Shown piece after piece: positions 53,773 through 64,000 of a stretch of DNA of 64,000 bases. Source of the stretch: Sphagnum compactum. Taxonomy: Eukaryota. Numbering within the stretch: position 1 is the stretch's first letter; the number at the start of each line of letters is the position of its first letter. The translations under genes were made by a program, and so were the position numbers. Under the pieces are notes generated by a model that was not told the DNA's origin, did not search any database, and saw only the letters and a program-made list of their open reading frames with translations. Location of the stretch: contig OZ234493.1 in assembly GCA_965153455.1 (NCBI GenBank), positions 23,364,213 through 23,428,212 on the forward strand. The letters run 5' to 3'.

Positions 53773-55164
53773 ATGGCAGCTCCATCGTCAGGGCAACCGC
53801 GTCTTGCCATGGTGTCGCCTCTCTCCTCCTTGCCGGCCCCTTTTCAATTCTCATCGTCCTCCTCACCGCACTTCCATACTTGGACACGTCAAGACAACGA
53901 CGACCTATTGTTCGAAAATTCTCTCGCCGTTCACGAAGAGCATGAGGCTCCAAATCGCTGGGAAACTGATGTTGCAGCGTTGATTCCTGCAGCGAATCCT
54001 ATTGCAGCCTATGTGAAGCGACATTTCGAGATTCTACAGGAAGATAATGTTTCCAGGGAGGCATCGGGACGAATCCTGATGCCCAGCTACACAGCCGTCG
54101 CGTCTCCCTCCACATCTGATGATGTGCCTAGCCTTGGACAGTCCGGATTCCAAGAAGGGAGAGTTTTATCCAGGGAGGCATCGGGTTTGTTAGGAAGCCC
54201 TTCACTGGTAAGGCCGGGTGTAACACCAAAATCAGCGGATCAGGAGCGCCGTAAAGGCATTCCTTGGACAGAAGAGGAGCACAGGTTAATCTCCTTTGCC
54301 ATTCTCTTTTACACCGTGTGTAGAGCTCGTTATAGAAAGGCTTGAATAGAGTACAGTCTCCGTGTAAGGTTAAAGATTCTGGATGTACAAAGATTAATTA
54401 GGAGCTTGTTCTTCTTTTGGAGTAGTGCATAACAGAGATCTTCTTGTCTGTGACATGATTTGCTACTTCATGACAGAGATTTTCTTGTCTTTCATAGCAA
54501 TCATTTTGCAATCTGTGGATTCTCCACTGCAATCGAACATTACGATATTTTGGCGGACACTGAGATGTATACCATGATCAGATCACATCTCTGTTTTGTG
54601 AATCGGTGACATGATATCTGTGATCCTGATCTCCTTTACTTGCGCATAATTTCTCGCAGGCTGTTTTTGCTAGGACTGACGAAGTTCGGTAAAGGTGATT
54701 GGCGCAGCATTTCCAGAAACTTCGTCATATCAAGAACCCCTACCCAAGTAGCAAGTCATGCACAGAAGTATTTCATCCGGTTGAATTCAATCAATAAGGA
54801 CAAGAGGCGCTCCAGCATTCATGACATAACTAGTGTTAATAACTATGGGCAGCAGATGCTGCAACCAAGCCATGGCACTATTATTACTGGACGTGGAGGA
54901 CTGGCTCCTGCCTCAGGCCAACAACCTCTTTCTAATCCTGTTCAGCAGGGTTCAATTCAGCATGGGATGGAGTATGGACCACAAATGGGTCATCAACCAG
55001 CTTTAGGAACTGCTGGTATGCTTTCAGCTTTGGATCCTGTCCCTTTTGGACCTAATAAGCGCCATATGCAACAGCCAACAGTCATGCAAGGTACTACTCT
55101 TCTATCAATGCAGCAGCACATTGATATGGCTTGTACCATGCAACAGCCAGCCATGCATCACTAA
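53773..55164 (+). CDS. DIVARICATA-like R-R-type MYB transcription factor; exons 53773-54284 and 54660-55164 (alternative in-frame ATG at 53755)
   Basis: Diverged N-terminal SANT (WTRQD...FENSLA...PNRW...VAALIP) and canonical second repeat [51 protein letters not shown]...[10 protein letters not shown], with a phase-2 GT-AG intron in EEHR. Confidence 0.93.
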
Positions 55165-57758
55165 TGGAGTCATGTGATGTACATGCTGCTTGACTCTTCT
55201 TGCAAAGCTTGGATCCCTTGCACAAAGGATTCCAAATGCTAGCTTTGTAGCTTGATATCATGGCTATTGTACAACAATGTATTCTTCAAAGTCTGCAATT
55301 GCAGTTTGCACTTGGTTGCCTGTAACACAGTTTGGTAATATATAACCTATAGCTCTAGTTTTACAGCACTGTTTCCTCCCACCTTCACTGTGAAATTACA
55401 GGAGATGTGGAACCAAGACTCCCAGGGTGAGGGACTGGAATTCTAAATTCTTTGTTGACATTAATTCTTCTGATTTGGGAGCTCTAATATGTAAATTTAG
55501 CCATTTCACCAGGAATATTTCAAGTCTGTTTCAGCCCGTCCAATGGCTGATCTATTTGCCTTGCTACTATCCCAGCCTTCAGATTCTATGAACTTGCATT
55601 TGCTTCCAGAGGTGTGCACCAGTTTTTGTCATGGTTTTCTGGTCTTCCTGTTAGTCATTTATAAAGTCAACATAAGTGGAGAGTTCTTCTTCAGATTCAA
55701 CAGAGGAGAGGTATGCACTTCTGCACAGTGCTGATATAATTTGCCAAAGAGGTTTCTTCCCCATGTAAACTTAATCGAGAGAAATCCTAGCTGAGCCATG
55801 ATTTTTCAGTGGCCTCCTCTTCCAATTGGATCTTCCAGAGTCTTGTGGAGGAGAAAGTGTGTGGTGATGGGTTTACTGTAATAGGGTTATGTGGCATTAC
55901 CAAATGTCAAATTACCATTTTAGTGTAACAAATGTCACAATAAACACCACAAATTGTACATTGTAATGGATGAAACCGCAAAGTTTACCTTCACGCATGT
56001 GTCATGAGCTGCTACAACTTGTGTGAGAAAAACCAGAGTCTCTTGTAGTACATGTAGCTGGTTAGATGTAAGTGGGGCCTGGTGGGTTGTTGAAGGTAGG
56101 TAGTGAAAACAGAAACTGAGCTAACCAGCCTAGTTAGCTAGGTAGCTGGAACCAAATAGAAAAGTGTTTCGTGTCCACCCACCATCCATATCTCATACTG
56201 TGTTGGTGGCTGTGGGTTCAGTCTGGCCACTTCTCCTCTTCTTTGGGGGAGGATCTTGGATTTGTTTTGCTCATGGTTGTGTCTAACCCTTTTTCTGTTC
56301 TCGCTATTTTTCATAACCATTGTGTAGGACAAAAGAAAATCCATGGATTTCTGTTTCATTCATGCATGGTTAATCTTTTTTCCAACTTTTATTGTGTTCT
56401 TCAATCTTTTCTTGTGAAGGACTTTTTTACATGCATTATTCTCATGACAGTAGTTCTCAAATGTTGATATGGACCATTGGTTGCATGTTAACAAGTGGAA
56501 GAATTTCAAATACATTCATGTTTCAAATGGATTCAGAGTTCAGACGTTACATATTATTTCCAAATGAGATCATGCTGACACCATTGTTGGCTGGTTATTG
56601 CCCAAATGGCATGTTATCAACAGGGGTTAAAGGGCAGGTTTTTCATGACAGACTTGTTAGGTCTGAAATTGATTGAGCACCGGCCAGAATCCAACCTGTC
56701 TAGTTGTTATTGAGATCCCATCTGTCTAGTATCTATTCTGTGGAGACCTCACAAGACCTTTAGGGGTGGGGTAGTGCTTTGCTGAAGAGCAATAACCAAC
56801 TTGTATCCTTCCATGTTTCCTCCCAACAGGTTCTTGAAACCCTATTCCTTAAACCCCTTATCAGTTTTCATTTGGCTGCACTTTCTCAATTTCAGCTCCA
56901 CTCTGGAGTTAAATTCTACAAGTTGTGAGTTGGCAATTGAAATGATGCAATGAAGTGATCCACTATTGCTGAATGCCAAGAAAATTTCATGAACGCACAG
57001 AGCATGGATAAAAAATTGGTATTATCTTCATGACAACCTCAAACTAATGGCCTATGTGATTGGGAATCAGGGCTGCCTTGCAAGTGATTATCATTTGATT
57101 CAAGTTAAGCCATGCTAGATGTTGGCTATGACTGTGAATCTCACATGCTAAAGTTTGTCAAGTTAACTGGCCGCATGGGTACATGGGGTCAAACTTTTGG
57201 CAAACCAGCTTTAAAGACATTACCATATACGGTCACAGATTATGTCATTTTCTTGATCACATTATATGACATAATCTTCCAATGATGATCACGAAGTCCT
57301 AATAGTGACCAAAATGTGTCTGTGGAACATGAGTTTTGTGTTAAATCATTGAATCTGACAGCAAAGACCTTAATCCATGGACATCTCCCTTTGCCCACAA
57401 TGGATGCATGGTCTATCTCACACTCTAACAGGCTAGCTGGTGTTTTACCCCACATTGATGGGTATGGGTTTGACAATTCCATAGTATGTAAAGACCTAGC
57501 ACAAATTGGGGGGCCCCTTATCTTGGGAATGCCCCCGCCATAAGTCTTTACCTTACACAAAAGTGTAAATGGTACAATACCATTTACAACTTCATTTATA
57601 TTTACACAATTTTACACTACTTAAAATGAATTTATGAATTTACACAAGGTTAGGCATTTACATGGAGGTGCATGAAAAGTTTTATGGTTAAGCAAGATTA
57701 AAATAAGTTTGCTACTTACACAGAAGATGTGTCTAAAATCCTATACACAGACAACGCT

Positions 57759-58081
57759 TTTTTTATACAGATTGTAGAATCAGCGTTTAAAACTGTTAAC
57801 TAATTAACGAACTTGTTTTTACAAATTGTAAAATCAACCTCTAAAGCTGTTAATTAATTATCTAACTTGTTTTTAAAGATCGCAGAATCAACCTTTAAAG
57901 CTATTAACTAATTAACTAACTTGTTTTTACAGATTGCAAAATTGGCCTCTAAAGCTGTTAACTAATTAACTAACTTGCTTTTAGAGATCACACAATTGAC
58001 CTTTAAAGCTGTTAACTAATTAACTAACTTGTTTTCACAGATCGCAGAATCGACCTCTAATGCTGTTAACTAATTAACTAA
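57759..58081. repeat. Minisatellite, 6 copies of 54 bp, just upstream of the YY1-like gene
   Basis: Unit approximately TTGTTTTTACAGATTGCAGAATCAACCTCTAAAGCTGTTAACTAATTAACTAAC; ACTTG anchors at 57811, 57865, 57919, 57973 and 58027. Confidence 0.96.
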
Positions 58082-58383
58082 ATTTCATACTGTTGGAATT
58101 GCGCAAAAGAACGTTGAGCAGTTGGCTTGCAGAATGTCCTCCCCTTCCATTTCTTCGCAAACACGGGCTTCCGTGGAACAGGAGTACTTCGGTTTGTGTT
58201 TTTCGTTCTTCTGCTTTGCTCACGCGTTTTGTGCACGGTGGGGGTGGAGCGGGGCGAGCTTTGTTGGGAGAAAGAGAGAAGAGAGGACGACTGCTGCTGC
58301 GAGCTTTTGATGTTTTGAGCGTCGGTCGGTTTCCTTCTGTCTCGCGGTACGGTGGGGGCTTGTTTGTGCCAGTGGGGGTTGCC

Positions 58384-61373
<2,990 letters not shown>

Positions 61374-61451
61374 GTATCCTCGGGATTGTATTTATTTCCA
61401 CAGGCTGCTAAATATGTGAAGGAATGGAAGTGAAAGACATGTTTGACTCAG

Positions 61452-61570
61452 GATGATCATTGGCAATTCAAGGAGGGCAGAATAGCAATTGAGGATATTG
61501 AAGAAACAGAAGATGAAACTTGACTAGATTTGGCAAATTGTACTTTATTTTCAGAGGATCCTGAATACAT
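61452..61570 (+). repeat. Diverged tandem duplicate of the YY1 C-terminal coding end and start of the 3' UTR
   Basis: ATGATCATTGGC...AATAGCA...GAAGAAACAGAAGATGA...GACTAG...ATTGTA.TTTATTT resembles 61300-61420. Confidence 0.85.
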
Positions 61571-63814
61571 GAGTGTAGACTGCATGCTAGATAGGTTCAG
61601 CACTGTCCATCTGGTTTACATGCATGGTTGAATTATTCTAATGGAGATAGGTTTTTTGCTTCTGGATCAGTGCAAAATATAGCAGTCTTGAACTTGATCC
61701 AACTTGAAACATACAAGGGATCCCAATTCAAGACTGTGAAACAATGATTCTCAGATCTAGTCACCTTCTGTCTACTGGTGTCCAGTAGGCTCCTGGTAAA
61801 CCAAAGGCCATTTCAACTTTCAGTAGACACATGCAGGTTAGAGAACTAGTTTGTTAATTCATTCCATACAGGCCAGTCACTGGACTGCTTAAATGTTTTG
61901 ATTTTTCCATTTGAGACCATTTCCCAAACACAAGCATCCAAGGGTTAGGGGTGGGGAGAGCTTGCTCAACTGTTGTGAAAACACATGCTGAAAACACAGA
62001 TGGAAACCCGGTACATTGGTCCATAGCCCTTACCACAAGTACCTTGGCCCTGAATTCCAGGAATGCCTATTCCAGTCAATGAAACATGGGCTCCTGATTT
62101 CTCACTCCTTCATTACTCGCAATCTGGCTCCAGCGTCCACACTGGAAATGATGTGTAGTTTGGCAATTTTCATTATGAGTCCGATGAAGATTATCTAATA
62201 TGACTTTATTCACCTGTTCCTTGAATGTTCACCTGTATTTTATATTCTTTTATATTGTATTTTGTTCTTTTTTTCAAATTTCCAAAGTTGCATCAAGAAG
62301 GATTTAGCTTAAATGGGGACACATTGCTACAACCTGTCCAAATAGTTTAAAAAGCTAGCACAAAAATGCTCCCCCTCTAAATTCCAAGTAGAAATGTGGC
62401 AAAAGAATGTCAAAAACTCTCCTTTTTTTTTTTTCAAAATTTGGCAGTTTTCCTTAAAAAGAACAGGGAATATATGACAGAATTTTCCTATTTTATTTTT
62501 ATTTTTCATAGTTGTGCAAAATTTCGAACAAAATAAGGAGACTGATTTCACCATGTCGTAAGTGTTAAGTATTATTGGAACATGTAAATTAAATTAAAGT
62601 CAATTCTAAATGTGGCTCTATATTGACTTTTTATTGAAGGATAACAAATTTGTAAAGCTTTCCTCAGAAGTCAATGTAAGGTGCTTGCACTTTTTGTGGG
62701 GGTGTAATGGTGGGAAAAAGAAGGAAAACGCATCAGAGTAGATGCGTTTGAAACAGCATGGTTGCAATGAAGCACGGATATCATGTCCTGTAGAATGTTT
62801 CTAAACAATTGAGAGTTTTTGGGGCAACAGAATGTAATTGATAGTGTTATTGAAGATTTCATCTTATGTTATTGTCTTAAATTATACGTGTTAGTCGTAT
62901 TCAACCTGGGCTAACACACCCATTATAACGTATAACTGGGGGTTCATGTTGTAATTGAATCACAACATCGATAGAGACTTCCACAAAATCAGTGTTTGCA
63001 TACTTTATCTCACTGAAAAATCATTCAGTTTTGATGGGTGATGTTATTTTTTACTTTAGTCACTGCATCATGCCATGGTTGTACAGTGGTATACAAAAAT
63101 TGATTTTAAACCATTTGCTAATATGGTGTAACAGAAGTATGTATCTAATTTATTTTCAAATTGAAACACTTGTTAAATTAACAAATTCACATACATTAGG
63201 AATCTAGGATTAGTTCTTTAGATTTAAAAAACGTCTTTGCATCTCAAATATCAAATAAATAATAGAAAACCTAATTGGATGACGTGTTTTTGCCACACCT
63301 TCTCCAATTGGGCAGGTGTTGTCCCTTAGTGGGGGCAACTTGGCCACACTGCCATGGGCAAGTGCAGAGATTTGCTTACATTGTTTGAGGTTTGTTGTTG
63401 GAAGACCCCCAAAACTGAAAACCTCTAAAACTGAAGACCTCCTTGTTTAGACACGGATTGAGAATGGTAAACATTAAACATTAGCAACAAGTTGCTAGAT
63501 TGGATATAATTATAGTACAATAGTAAAATGCCTAATAGGGAAAAAAAATTCAATTTTTTTTTATTATACTCAAACAATGATTAATGCTTGAAATACTTTT
63601 TTTCTTACATTATTTTCAAAGGAAAAAGCTAATGCAATGGTTAGAATCCCTTTTACAAGCAAAAAGTTTGAACCTTTTCTTGAATTCTCCTTTCCATCCA
63701 TGAATGAAATTGATGAATTGTTTTACCTTTGGCCAATTTTTTAAGTTAGTTGTCCAAGAACAACTTCCTTGAAGAGAACCATGGGAAGCAAGGGGCATAA
63801 GTCGCCTTCAGGAA

Positions 63815-64000
63815 AAGGAGATTAAATTACCCTAGGGGACAACCATGTTTACTTGGGGCATAAGAGGCTTAAGTTGCCCTAAGGAGCACCCACATTGCTT
63901 TAAGGAGTAAAGGGCTTAAGTTGTTTCAAGGAACAACCATGTTCCCGAGGGAGAAAATGCTTAGGTTGCCCCCAAGAGCACCCATGTTGCTTTGAAGAAT
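63815..64000. repeat. Degenerate ~46-bp tandem repeat running off the window end
   Basis: Recurring GCTTAAGTTGCCC..GGA(G/A)CA(C/A)CCATGTT units near 63820, 63867, 63914 and 63959. Confidence 0.8.

Overview
Eukaryotic nuclear DNA from a land plant, most likely a bryophyte. The mitochondrial insertion carries a cox1 intron pair known from mosses and liverworts; 'Sphagnum-like' is only my impression. Two gene-rich flanks surround a roughly 26 kb AT-rich block (about 26.3-52.3 kb). The left flank has a two-exon COX7a-like gene, a subtilase with an intron-free CDS, a 10-exon importin-alpha and an oddly disrupted RING-H2 gene. The right flank has a DIVARICATA-type MYB and a YY1-type C2H2 gene. The central block holds MITEs, a decayed hAT transposase, a decayed Myb/SANT ORF, satellites and a cox1 NUMT. 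I found no CRISPR array, RNA gene or convincing new multi-gene system. The best leads are: (1) a ~325 bp NUMT (group II intron end, 113-nt cox1 exon, group I intron start) with an empty-site copy of the host repeat next to it; (2) a RING gene whose apparent coding lesions all fall inside spliceable segments (intronization or pseudogene); (3) two promoter-proximal ~55-bp arrays with quasi-palindromes; (4) an open duplicate of the YY1 C-terminus behind a splice acceptor. Exon models were derived by hand and family assignments rest on remembered motifs; no database search was run.
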